Position numbers and translations under genes: made by a program
The notes under the pieces: generated by a model
Told to the model about the DNA's origin: nothing
The model's database searches: none
The model's input: only the letters and a program-made list of their open reading frames with translations
Shown: positions 52,697 through 61,754 of the stretch, one piece after another
How positions within the stretch are numbered: the first letter of the stretch is position 1
Layout of the letters: the number at the start of each line of letters is the position of its first letter
Assembly: GCA_963810935.1 (NCBI GenBank)
Contig: CAWEPK010000005.1
Location: 288,001 to 352,000 of the forward strand
DNA from: an uncultured delta proteobacterium
Lineage (GTDB): Bacteria > Desulfobacterota > Syntrophorhabdia > Syntrophorhabdales > WCHB1-27
Direction: 5' to 3'
Length of the DNA: 64,000 nt

Positions 52697-54253
52697 GTGG
52701 ACGGCGCGCATAAAACGCACAACAAGTGGCTCGTGACCGTGACGGTTATGACGGGGGCCATGATGGCCGCCCTCGACACGAGCATCGTGAACGTGGCACT
52801 GCCCCACATGCGCGGCGCTCTGGATGCCTCGGTCGAGGAGATCGCGTGGGTCTCGACGGGCTACATCCTTTCGAGCGTCATCGTGATGCCGATCATCGCG
52901 CTTTTAAGCTCCAGGTTCGGGCGCAAGCGGTTTTTCCTTTTCTCGGTCATCCTCTTCACAAGCTCTTCGATGCTGTGCGGGGCTGCCTGGGACCTGCCTT
53001 CGATGATCGTCTTCCGTGTCCTCCAGGGCATAGGCGGCGGGACCCTCATACCCCTGGCACAGGCCTTGCTGCGGGAGACGTTTCCGGCCAAAGAACAGGC
53101 AACGGCGATGAGCATCTTCGGTCTCGGCGTCATCCTCGGGCCCGCCTTCGGGCCGACCCTCGGCGGATGGCTCACCGACAACTACTCATGGCCCTGGATA
53201 TTCTATATCAATGTCCCCGTCGGCATCCTCAACGTCCTGCTCATCATGCGCTTCGTCGAAGACCCCCATTACCTCGTCCGGGAAAAAGGGAGCATAGACG
53301 CCACAGGCCTGTTCCTCATGGCCGTCGGGCTGGGGTCGCTCCAGGTAATGCTCGAGAAGGGCGACCAGAAAGACTGGTTCACCTCCGATATGATACGATA
53401 TCTGGCAGCAGCCGCTCTCGCCGGCCTTATCCTTTTTGTAATCAGGGAGCTGAGAGCGAAAAGACCTGCGGTCAACCTCCGGATCCTGAAGGACATCAAT
53501 TTCGCCTCGAGCAGCTTCATGGGCGGCATTCTGTCCATGGGTCTTTTCGCAAGCCTATTCGTCCTTCCCCTCTTCCTGGAGCAGCTCCTAGGCTACCCTG
53601 CCTACGACGCGGGGCTGGCGCTTATGCCGAGGAGCCTCGCGATGGCTTTGGCTATGCCTTTCACGGGTTGGATATACCACAAGACAGGACCCCGGTTCCT
53701 TATAGCCCTAGGGCTTCTCGTGAACGCCGTCTCGTTTTACCTCCTGTCGCTCCTTTCCCTGGACGTAGGGTATTGGGACATATTCTTCCCTCAATTCCTG
53801 CAGGGCATCGGCTTCGGTCTGATATTCGTGGCATTGAGCACGGCCGCGCTCTCTACGATCGATAGGCCCCTCATGACGGCCGCGAGCGGCCTTTATAACG
53901 TGACCAGGCAGGTATTCGCCAGCGTCGGCATTGCCCTGGCCGCCACCTGCGTCACCAGGGGCGAGGTCAGGTATCGCGCAATACTGATGGAGCACGTGAC
54001 AGGCTACAGCGACATCACGACGGGCGTGCTCGGGCGGTTCCTGTCGCATGTTTTTACCAGCGGGGCGGGCGGGACCGGAACCGACATGGAGGCCCTGGGG
54101 CTTCTGGAGAGGACGGTCGAAAGGCAGGCGGGCATGCTGGCCTACAACCACGTTTTCTTTCTTATCGCCGTGCTTTTCCTTGTATCTATTCCCCTGGCCT
54201 TCGCGATCAAGGACCCCCAGGTGGCCGGCGGCACGGAGATGATTGCGGAGTAA
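52697..54253 (+). CDS. DHA2 (EmrB/QacA) MFS efflux permease
   Basis: LDTSIVNVALP, RFGRKR, GPTLGGWLTD..WPWIFYINVP. Confidence 0.93.
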   Translation: MDGAHKTHNKWLVTVTVMTGAMMAALDTSIVNVALPHMRGALDASVEEIAWVSTGYILSSVIVMPIIALLSSRFGRKRFFLFSVILFTSSSMLCGAAWDLPSMIVFRVLQGIGGGTLIPLAQALLRETFPAKEQATAMSIFGLGVILGPAFGPTLGGWLTDNYSWPWIFYINVPVGILNVLLIMRFVEDPHYLVREKGSIDATGLFLMAVGLGSLQVMLEKGDQKDWFTSDMIRYLAAAALAGLILFVIRELRAKRPAVNLRILKDINFASSSFMGGILSMGLFASLFVLPLFLEQLLGYPAYDAGLALMPRSLAMALAMPFTGWIYHKTGPRFLIALGLLVNAVSFYLLSLLSLDVGYWDIFFPQFLQGIGFGLIFVALSTAALSTIDRPLMTAASGLYNVTRQVFASVGIALAATCVTRGEVRYRAILMEHVTGYSDITTGVLGRFLSHVFTSGAGGTGTDMEALGLLERTVERQAGMLAYNHVFFLIAVLFLVSIPLAFAIKDPQVAGGTEMIAE

Positions 54254-54394
54254 AGATGCGGGAGGCCGAAAGACCGCTGGTGTTTTGGCGGCATCACTGG
54301 TAAAATGAAGTGGCATTGCATGAATTCGATATAAGCTCCGATTAAAACATGATGTGGAAAGGGGTGGGGCGTGGCTGCCGGTGCAACGAATGAT

Positions 54395-55687
54395 ATGGGA
54401 AACAAGGCCGCCGCGGGCGAAAAGCGGACCGCCGGGCCCGGGCCGAATACGGCTTACGGGTTTCTCTCATCCGTCAAGCTCGCCATCGCGCTCCTCAGCC
54501 TGATCGCGCTGGCCTGCATTGTCGGCACGCTAATTCCGCAGGCCGCGCTCGTTGAGTATGGGCGGAGGCATGGGGAGGGGATGTACGCCTTCCTCCGCGC
54601 ATCCGGCCTCACCGACGTCTTTCACGCGCCCTGGTTCTTCGGTCTTTTGAGCCTTTTCGTCCTCAACCTGGTCCTCTGCACGCTCAGGCGGCTCGGGGGC
54701 CTTTTCAAAGGCGGCGACAGGTCGCTGCCCACTGATAAGAAACTCGCTGCAATGCCACTGCACTTTTTCGTCAAAGGCGCGAAGATCGACGGCGTGGAGG
54801 CACTCTTTCGTGGATACCGGCCAAGAAGAGAGGGGAACGGGGCCATCCTCGAAAAAGGCGGCCTTTCCCGTTACGGCGTATACATCATCCACGCCAGCAT
54901 CGTCGCCATTCTTCTGGGAGGCCTGATCGGCCTTCTTTTCGGCTTCCGCGGGTCGCTCGCCCTCGGCAAGGGAGAGGTAAAGGACGCGGCGGTAAAAAGA
55001 GACGGCCGTACGGCGATCCCCCTGGATTTTTCAGTCAAGCTCGACGATTTCAGCTTGACGCTCTATCCGGGCGGGGAGCCGAAGGAATACCTGAGCCGCA
55101 TCGAGATCATCGACAACGGCAGGACGGTCGCAAGGGCGGACGTGCGGGTCAACCACCCAGTCTCGTACAAAGGGACTAACATCTACCAGGCAAGCTACGG
55201 CCAGGACCCCATCTTCGTCTTCGATATCGCCGGGCAGGAGGTGAGGCTCAACCAGGGCGGGGTGTATAAGCAGGGCGATTTTGCGATGATGGCAATGAGG
55301 TTCGAGCGCTCCGTCCACGATTTCGGCCCCGGTGTGCAGGTCGCCTACATTGAGGGCGGCGAGACGCGGACGGCCTGGTTCATGCGGGACGTCCCGAGGC
55401 TCGCAGCCAAAACGCTCGCAGGGGCCGAGGTGCGGCTCAAAGGCATAGACAGCGAATATTATTCCGGGCTGGAGGTAGCGCGCGACCCGGGCGTATGGGT
55501 CGTCTGGACGGGCTTCGCCCTCATCCTCATCGGCCTTTACATCAATTTCTTCATGCATTTCAGGCGCATCTACCTGCTCCAGACTGCCGAAGGGGTGCTC
55601 GTCGCCGGGACGTCGCCCAGGAACAGAGAGGCGTTCAAGGAAGAATTCGAGAAGTGGAGGAAAAAGGCACATGGTCTGGAGCGATAA
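54395..55687 (+). CDS. resB: Cytochrome c biogenesis protein ResB/CcsB (system II)
   Basis: SSVKLAI, GTLIPQ, IIHAS, VNHPV..YQASY, DPG. Confidence 0.88.
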   Translation: MGNKAAAGEKRTAGPGPNTAYGFLSSVKLAIALLSLIALACIVGTLIPQAALVEYGRRHGEGMYAFLRASGLTDVFHAPWFFGLLSLFVLNLVLCTLRRLGGLFKGGDRSLPTDKKLAAMPLHFFVKGAKIDGVEALFRGYRPRREGNGAILEKGGLSRYGVYIIHASIVAILLGGLIGLLFGFRGSLALGKGEVKDAAVKRDGRTAIPLDFSVKLDDFSLTLYPGGEPKEYLSRIEIIDNGRTVARADVRVNHPVSYKGTNIYQASYGQDPIFVFDIAGQEVRLNQGGVYKQGDFAMMAMRFERSVHDFGPGVQVAYIEGGETRTAWFMRDVPRLAAKTLAGAEVRLKGIDSEYYSGLEVARDPGVWVVWTGFALILIGLYINFFMHFRRIYLLQTAEGVLVAGTSPRNREAFKEEFEKWRKKAHGLER

Positions 55688-56483
55688 GATACTCGGGATA
55701 GTGACGCTTGCCTATCTTGCCCTCTTTTTGCTCCACCTCGTCTATTTCGCGACGAAGAAAGAGGCGGTCCTTAGCGCGGCGCGGCCCATCCTTTACGCTG
55801 TTTTCGCGCTCCATACGCTCGGGCTGGCCGCACGCTGGATCGAATCGTACAGGCTGGGGATAGGCCACGCCCCTCTGTCCAACTTCTACGAGTCACTCAT
55901 ATTCTTTGCCTGGTGCATCGCCCTTATCCTGATAATGATGAAGAAGCGGCTGCGGCTGCCTGTCATAAGCATGCTCGCTATATTCGCCGCCGTCCTGTTC
56001 ATGGGCTATGCCTCGCTTTCGCCGTCAGTAGACAGGCAGATCCAGCCGCTTATCCCCGCCCTCCAGAGCAACTGGCTCCATGTCCACGTCTTTACGTGCT
56101 TTATCGCCTATGCCTCTTTCGCCATCTCGTTTTTGGCCGCCCTTCTATACCTGATCGGCACGAAGAATATCCCCGGCGAGAGGCTGGAAGAGGTCAACTA
56201 CCAGGCTGTCGTGGTCGGCTTTCCCATGCTCACCGCAGGCATCCTGACGGGCGCAGTCTGGGCGCATTACGCGTGGGGCGCTTACTGGAGCTGGGACCCG
56301 AAAGAAACATGGTCGCTCATAACGTGGATCGTCTACGCCCTTTTCCTCCACGCCCGCTTCACGGCCGGGTGGAAGGGGCGCAGGATCGCGCTGCTTTCGG
56401 TCGCTGGTTTCGTCAGCGTCATCTTCACCTATCTAGGCGTAAACTTCATCCTTTCCGGCCTCCACAGCTACGGCTCGTCCTAG
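55671..56483 (+). CDS. ccsA: Cytochrome c biogenesis protein CcsA/ResC
   Basis: HAPLSN, PALQSNWLHVH, WGAYWSWDPKETW, GLHSY. Confidence 0.95.
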   Translation: MVWSDKILGIVTLAYLALFLLHLVYFATKKEAVLSAARPILYAVFALHTLGLAARWIESYRLGIGHAPLSNFYESLIFFAWCIALILIMMKKRLRLPVISMLAIFAAVLFMGYASLSPSVDRQIQPLIPALQSNWLHVHVFTCFIAYASFAISFLAALLYLIGTKNIPGERLEEVNYQAVVVGFPMLTAGILTGAVWAHYAWGAYWSWDPKETWSLITWIVYALFLHARFTAGWKGRRIALLSVAGFVSVIFTYLGVNFILSGLHSYGSS

Positions 56484-56653
56484 AAGAAAAAACCGGGGCA
56501 CAAACGCATTTTCCTCTTGCATCTTGATGAGATATATAGATAGAATTTACCTCCTCGCCCATAAGGGGAGGGTAAAGTCCCTCGATAGGGCGCGCATCGT
56601 TCTTACGGACGGTGTGTATTGGACCATAAACAGGCAGTGGAGGAGGTTCGGTA

Positions 56654-56931
56654 ATGAACAAGATCGATATAGTCAATCAGCTCTCGGAGCAAATCCCTCT
56701 CAACCAGAAAGTGGCAAAGATAGTGGTTGATACAATTATAGATAGCATCAAGAAGGCGATCGTGGAAGGGGAAAGAGTTGAGATAAGAGGTTTCGGCAGC
56801 TTTTCCCTGCGCTCTTACAAATCATACAAGGGCAGGAACCCGAAGAACGGCGAGATCGTAGACGTGCCCCAGAAAAAACTTCCCTATTTCAAGGTAGGCA
56901 AAGAGTGAAGGAGACAATCTGGAAAGGCTAA
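56654..56931 (+). CDS. IHF-beta/HU family DNA-binding protein (apparent -1 base at ~56905)
   Basis: VEIRGFGSF, GRNPKNGE, PYFKVGKE; restoring one base gives KELKETIWKG-stop. Confidence 0.9.
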
Positions 56932-57959
56932 AATTTCCAGTAAGGCTTGATCGCCTCTTTCGCCGCTGAGACGGCCTGCTTTCCGGCAACCGATGCCTCG
57001 CCCCCTTCATCCGCCATGTAGACGGGCGTACCCTTCATCTCCATGAGAACGGCCCTCACGGAATTGGCAAGGGCGGCTACATCGTAGCCCCCTTCGAGGG
57101 TAAGCAGCATCTTCCCGCCGCAGCACTCCGCCGCTATGTCCATGAGCATCTTCGTCATTCCCGCGAAGCCGCGCTCCGTGACGGCCATGCCGCCCAGCGG
57201 GTCGCTGCCGTGGATGTCGAACCCGGCGGAAACGAGCACGATCTCCGGCTTGAATTGCCGGCTCACCGGCCCGACGATCTCCGTGAAGGCATGCAGGTAA
57301 TCTGCGTCGTGCATCCCGTAGACGAAGGGTATATTGACCGTGTAGCCCTTCCCGTCGCCAGAGCCCACCTCATCGTACCACCCTGTCCCGGGGTAGTAGG
57401 GGTACTGGTGCGTGGAGACGTAGAGCACCTTCCGGTCGTCGTAAAAGCTGTGCTGGGTGCCGTTCCCGTGGTGGAGGTCGTAATCGACGATGAGTATGCG
57501 GCTTAGGCCGTATTTCTTTTCCAGGTACCGGGCCCCGACGGCAATGTTATTGAAAATGCAGAAACCCATCGACCTTCCCGACTCCGCGTGGTGTCCCGGC
57601 GGCCTGACGAGCGCGAAGCCGTTGTCGATATGACCCGACATGGCGGCGTCGATGAGCGCAAGGTACCCGCCGGCGGCCATGCAGGCAGCCTCGTAGGACC
57701 TGGGCGATGCGACCGTGTCGGGGTCGAGCCGGGTCTGCACTCTCCCCTTCGTGCCGCAGATCATCTCGACGTATGATTTCTCGTGGACCGCGGCCAGCTC
57801 CTCCATTGTGGCAGGCCTGGCAGCCACTGGGACAAGGCCCGTCTGGTCCATCTTATCAAGCATCCCGTAGATCGAGGTCAGGCGCCTCGGATTCTCCGGA
57901 TGAAAATCGTCCGTTATGTGCTGCAGATAGATATTATCCCTGACAATTCCAGCCTTCAT
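56928..57959 (-). CDS. Histone deacetylase-family amidohydrolase
   Basis: HPENPRR, RPPGHHA, GFCIFNN, DYDLHHGNGTQ, SAGFD, LEGGY. Confidence 0.95.
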   Translation of the reverse strand: MKAGIVRDNIYLQHITDDFHPENPRRLTSIYGMLDKMDQTGLVPVAARPATMEELAAVHEKSYVEMICGTKGRVQTRLDPDTVASPRSYEAACMAAGGYLALIDAAMSGHIDNGFALVRPPGHHAESGRSMGFCIFNNIAVGARYLEKKYGLSRILIVDYDLHHGNGTQHSFYDDRKVLYVSTHQYPYYPGTGWYDEVGSGDGKGYTVNIPFVYGMHDADYLHAFTEIVGPVSRQFKPEIVLVSAGFDIHGSDPLGGMAVTERGFAGMTKMLMDIAAECCGGKMLLTLEGGYDVAALANSVRAVLMEMKGTPVYMADEGGEASVAGKQAVSAAKEAIKPYWKF

Positions 57960-58102
57960 AGCACCCCCCCCTGAGACAATATTACAACCGGACGCCCGGA
58001 AACACAAGACGTTTCAACGGTCTCCTTCGCATACGGACGGCCAGGGGATTCGCCGATTGCGCAGCCCTGCTTCTCGCATTACATTTTCATAAAGGATCCG
58101 TT

Positions 58103-59308
58103 ATGCTTGTTGTGCCCCTTCTCATTTTTGCCGTCCTCGCTGCGCTCGGCCTCCTGGAGGCCATGCTGCACAGGCACAACCTGTCGAAGATACCTATCCG
58201 CATACACGTGAACGGGACGCGCGGCAAATCGAGCGTCACGCGACTCATAGCCGGGGGTCTCCGGGCGGGAGGCATCACGACGTGCGCAAAGACGACGGGG
58301 ACGCTTGCCCGCATGATCCTTCCGGACGCCTCCGAATACCCGGTGTTCAGGCCTTCGGGCGCCAACGTGATCGAGCAGGTGCGCATCATAGCGACTGCCA
58401 TGAACTATGGCGCAAGGGCCATCGTCGTCGAATGCATGGCCCTCCAGCCTCACCTCCAATGGCTCAGCGAGTCACGGTTCCTCAAGTCGACCCACGGGGT
58501 AATTACGAACGCCAGGCCCGACCACCTTGACGTGATGGGGCCGACGGAGAACGATGTCGCCCTGGCCCTCGCAGGCACCGTCCCGATAGGCGGCAAGCTG
58601 TTCACGGCAGAGGTCAACCGGCTCGCAGTCTTCCGAACGGCGACAGCGGACAGGGAGAGCACGCTTATCTCCGTCGGACCGGAGGAAGCGGCTGCCGTCA
58701 CCGACGAAGAGATGGAGCAGTTCCAGTACGTCGAGCACAAGGAGAACGTGGCCCTCGCCCTGCGCGTCTGCACGGACCTCGGCATCGAGCGCAATCTTGC
58801 GCTGGCAGGCATGTGGAAGGCGCCCGCGGACCCCGGCGTCATGACCGTCTCCCATATCCGCTTTTTCGGGCGGGACATCTATTTCGTCAACGCCTTTGCA
58901 GCGAACGACCCCCAATCTACGGAACAGATCTGGAACATGGCCCTCGACCGGTTCCCTGACGTCGAAAGGCGGATAGCGATCTTCAACTGCCGGGCGGACC
59001 GCCCGACCCGCTCCCAGCAATTGGGCCGGGCCTGCGTCCACTGGCGGCCTGCCGACAACTACCTGCTCATGGGCTCCGCAACATATCTTTTTCTCAAGTC
59101 GGCCATGGCGGAAGGCATGTCCCTCAAGAAAATGGCGGCAGTCGAGCGGGAAAGCGAGGCCGACATCTTCGAGATCATCCTCGAGCAGATGGGCAGGTCG
59201 GCCGTAGTAGTCGGCATGGGGAACACGAAGGGCCGGGGGCTTAGTCTGGCCCGTTTCTTCCTGAACAGGAGCGCGCCAAGAGAAGCGCCGCGCAAGGAGG
59301 TGGCATGA
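58103..59308 (+). CDS. pgsB: Poly-gamma-glutamate synthase PgsB/CapB
   Basis: RIHVNGTRGKSSVTRL, KTTG, ECMALQP, TNARPDHLDVMG, FAAND, RADR. Confidence 0.93.
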   Translation: MLVVPLLIFAVLAALGLLEAMLHRHNLSKIPIRIHVNGTRGKSSVTRLIAGGLRAGGITTCAKTTGTLARMILPDASEYPVFRPSGANVIEQVRIIATAMNYGARAIVVECMALQPHLQWLSESRFLKSTHGVITNARPDHLDVMGPTENDVALALAGTVPIGGKLFTAEVNRLAVFRTATADRESTLISVGPEEAAAVTDEEMEQFQYVEHKENVALALRVCTDLGIERNLALAGMWKAPADPGVMTVSHIRFFGRDIYFVNAFAANDPQSTEQIWNMALDRFPDVERRIAIFNCRADRPTRSQQLGRACVHWRPADNYLLMGSATYLFLKSAMAEGMSLKKMAAVERESEADIFEIILEQMGRSAVVVGMGNTKGRGLSLARFFLNRSAPREAPRKEVA

Positions 59309-59766
59309 TGGACCTGCTATCGGTCTCCATCGGCATAGGCCTGGGTGTCAGCCTGATGTTGTCCGAGTTTCTGGGTATCGCCGGGGGAGGCCTGGTCGTA
59401 CCCGGCTACCTCGCCCTTCACCTGACCGAGCCCCTAACGGTCTGCATAACGATACTTACCGGCCTCGCCGCATTCGTGCTCGTGCGTGCCCTCTCGTCCG
59501 TACTCATCGTTTACGGCAGGCGCAGGACCGTGCTCATGATACTGGCCGGCTACCTGACGGGCTTGCTCGCCCGCTATTTCATCCACGCCAGCGGCGCGCC
59601 TGAGATACTGGGCGAGCATGCAGTCGTGGGCTTCATCATACCCGGCCTTATCGCAGTCTGGCTCGACCGCAGGGGCGTAGTGGAGTCTCTCTGCTCGCTC
59701 ATCACCGCCTCGGTCGTCGTCCGGCTCATCCTTATCATCGCATTCGGCGCGAGGCTCGCAGTATGA
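59305..59766 (+). CDS. pgsC: Poly-gamma-glutamate biosynthesis protein PgsC/CapC
   Basis: GGLVVPGYLA, VYGRRR, GFIIPGLIA. Confidence 0.93.
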   Translation: MMDLLSVSIGIGLGVSLMLSEFLGIAGGGLVVPGYLALHLTEPLTVCITILTGLAAFVLVRALSSVLIVYGRRRTVLMILAGYLTGLLARYFIHASGAPEILGEHAVVGFIIPGLIAVWLDRRGVVESLCSLITASVVVRLILIIAFGARLAV

Positions 59767-60899
59767 AAAAAATCTATTGGAGGCCGCAGAGCACGCCCCT
59801 TTTCGCCTTTATTCTCATAGGCCTGTTCTCGCTCGCGGGCGTACTTGCAGTCGAGCGGTACAAAGTGGAGGAAAGAAGGCCGGCTTACGGGGAGAAAATA
59901 GAAGCTGCCCGGCTCGCCCTCGCGGCAATGGAGACCATAAAGAACGAGCGGACGCGCAAGGGGGGCGCTGCTGACGCGGAGGCCGACCCGGCGGGCTCGG
60001 GCCTGATCGGCTCGTACGTGACACCGGTCACGACCGAGCCGGGCGACCTGGAGGCGAAGCAGACCTCGATAAACCCGAACTTCGCGGCAGTCATTGTCGA
60101 CCTTTTGCGCCAGGCGAAGGTGAAAGAGGGCGACAACGTGGCGGTCAGCTTTTCAGGGTCGTTTCCCGCCCTCAACATCGCAGTCTATGCTGCGATAAGG
60201 ACACTCAAGCTGAAGCCGGCGATCATCTCGTCGGTAGGCGCCTCCCAGTGGGGGGCGAACGACCCGGACTTCCTCTGGATAGATATGGAGCGCCTCCTTC
60301 AGGGCCGGGGCGTTTTCCCCTTCCGCTCGGAGGCCGCCTCCTTCGGGGGGAGGCACGACGAGGGCCGGGAGATGAGCGAAAGGGGCCGGAACATAGTGGC
60401 TGACGCAGCCGCGAGGAACGGCCTGCCGTTGATCGGGGCAAAGACGCTCCATGAGGATATCGACCAGAGGATGGCGGTTTATTTCAGGAAGGACCCGCCG
60501 AAGGTCTACATCAATGTAGGGGGAGGGCGCGCGGCAGCGGGGGCGAGGGCGTTCAAGGTGCTTTTGAAACCCGGCCTCCTCTCCTCGGACCTGCCCGAAC
60601 ACGTGCGGGGCGATTCGTTGATAGCGCGGTTCCTTAAGGAGCGCGTGCCCGTCATACAGATCTACGACATCAAGCGGCTCGCCCGCATGTACGGCCTGCC
60701 GGTCACGCCGGCGACGATGCCGCCGGTCGGCCAGGGCTCCATATACATCGAGAAGCGATACAACAAGTGGCTGGCCGGGTGCGTCCTTTTCGTGATAATC
60801 GCGGGCCTTTTCATCTTTTCCCGCTCCGAGTGGGGGTTCCGCATGCTGCAGATATCGTCCCGGCGTGAGGAGATGGGGCCGCCGGAGCCTATGGTCTAA
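59763..60899 (+). CDS. Poly-gamma-glutamate system protein (PgsW-like)
   Basis: SGLIG..TPVTT..GDLEAKQTSINPNFAA, SGSFPALN, SSVGASQWGAN, YINVGG; follows pgsBC. Confidence 0.85.
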   Translation: MKKIYWRPQSTPLFAFILIGLFSLAGVLAVERYKVEERRPAYGEKIEAARLALAAMETIKNERTRKGGAADAEADPAGSGLIGSYVTPVTTEPGDLEAKQTSINPNFAAVIVDLLRQAKVKEGDNVAVSFSGSFPALNIAVYAAIRTLKLKPAIISSVGASQWGANDPDFLWIDMERLLQGRGVFPFRSEAASFGGRHDEGREMSERGRNIVADAAARNGLPLIGAKTLHEDIDQRMAVYFRKDPPKVYINVGGGRAAAGARAFKVLLKPGLLSSDLPEHVRGDSLIARFLKERVPVIQIYDIKRLARMYGLPVTPATMPPVGQGSIYIEKRYNKWLAGCVLFVIIAGLFIFSRSEWGFRMLQISSRREEMGPPEPMV

Positions 60900-60903
60900 A
60901 TTA

Positions 60904-61684
60904 TTATGAGGAGGTTGTCCGCAGCCGTCCGTTGACGGCCTCTATAGCGTCGCGGAGCCTTTCGACCAGCTCCCGGACGTTTTCGGGGTCTGCCCTGAAG
61001 CCGCTCGTCTTGCCCTCGACTATCCTGTAATTGGCGTTGATCTCGACCTGCGCTGCCTCTATGCCGAGGTCATTCCTGCAGAAGAAGGTGACCGTGCCCG
61101 CACCTTTAGCGGCGAAGTTCCGGTTGAAGATCTGCTGCTCGAAGCCCGAGAATGCCTCTTCAATGGCGCTTTTGAACATGGGGCAGGAAGAGAGGGCCGC
61201 CGCATCGTTCATTATCCCTATATCGACCTTCGACCGGCCGGGCGCCGCCCCGTGGAGGTCGAGGACGAACCTGATATGGTTCTCCTTTATCGATTTTCTT
61301 CAGGAACTCCTTGTATTGCGTGCCCGTGTCATTGTTCGGGTCTTCCGTCGTCTTGTTCTTCACATAAAGCACGTGGGCCCCGGTAAGCCTGCCGAGCACG
61401 ATGGCGAGGGAAGCGGTATAGGCGTCTTCCTTCCTCCATGCGCCTTCGGCTGCGCGGTAATGCTTGGCGCCGTGGGGCGCTGAGATCAGCACCGGGATCG
61501 AGCCTTTTATGTAGCCGTAATACGGCGTCGCCTCGTCGTCATAGTTTATCTGTGCAAACTCGATGCGCCTCATCTCGTCTACTACGCCCGGACTTACGCG
61601 TTCGCCTGCCCGTCCTATTCTTGCGGCAAGGAAAAAGACGAAGGCCGCCGATAAGACCGCTGTTGCCATTTTAAATTCTCGCAT
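60904..61684 (-). CDS. Secreted N-formylglutamate amidohydrolase/Zn-carboxypeptidase-fold hydrolase (apparent +1 frameshift ~61290)
   Basis: Signal-like N-terminus, PVLISAPHG, DPN; corrected frame FVLDLHG..DIG..AAQVEIN. Confidence 0.65.
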
Positions 61685-61754
61685 ATTTTTAACTCACTTG
61701 CTTCACGCAGTATATAATAGTAGAGGAAAAGGGACGGCGGGACAAGGGGGGAAA

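Noticed and set aside
56549..56647. Anti-SD (ACCTCCTC) able to pair with the IHF gene SD as an RNA switch
   Set aside because: It overlaps the predicted transcription start behind TAGAAT (56541-56546), so it may not be in the transcript; 8 bp is weak evidence.
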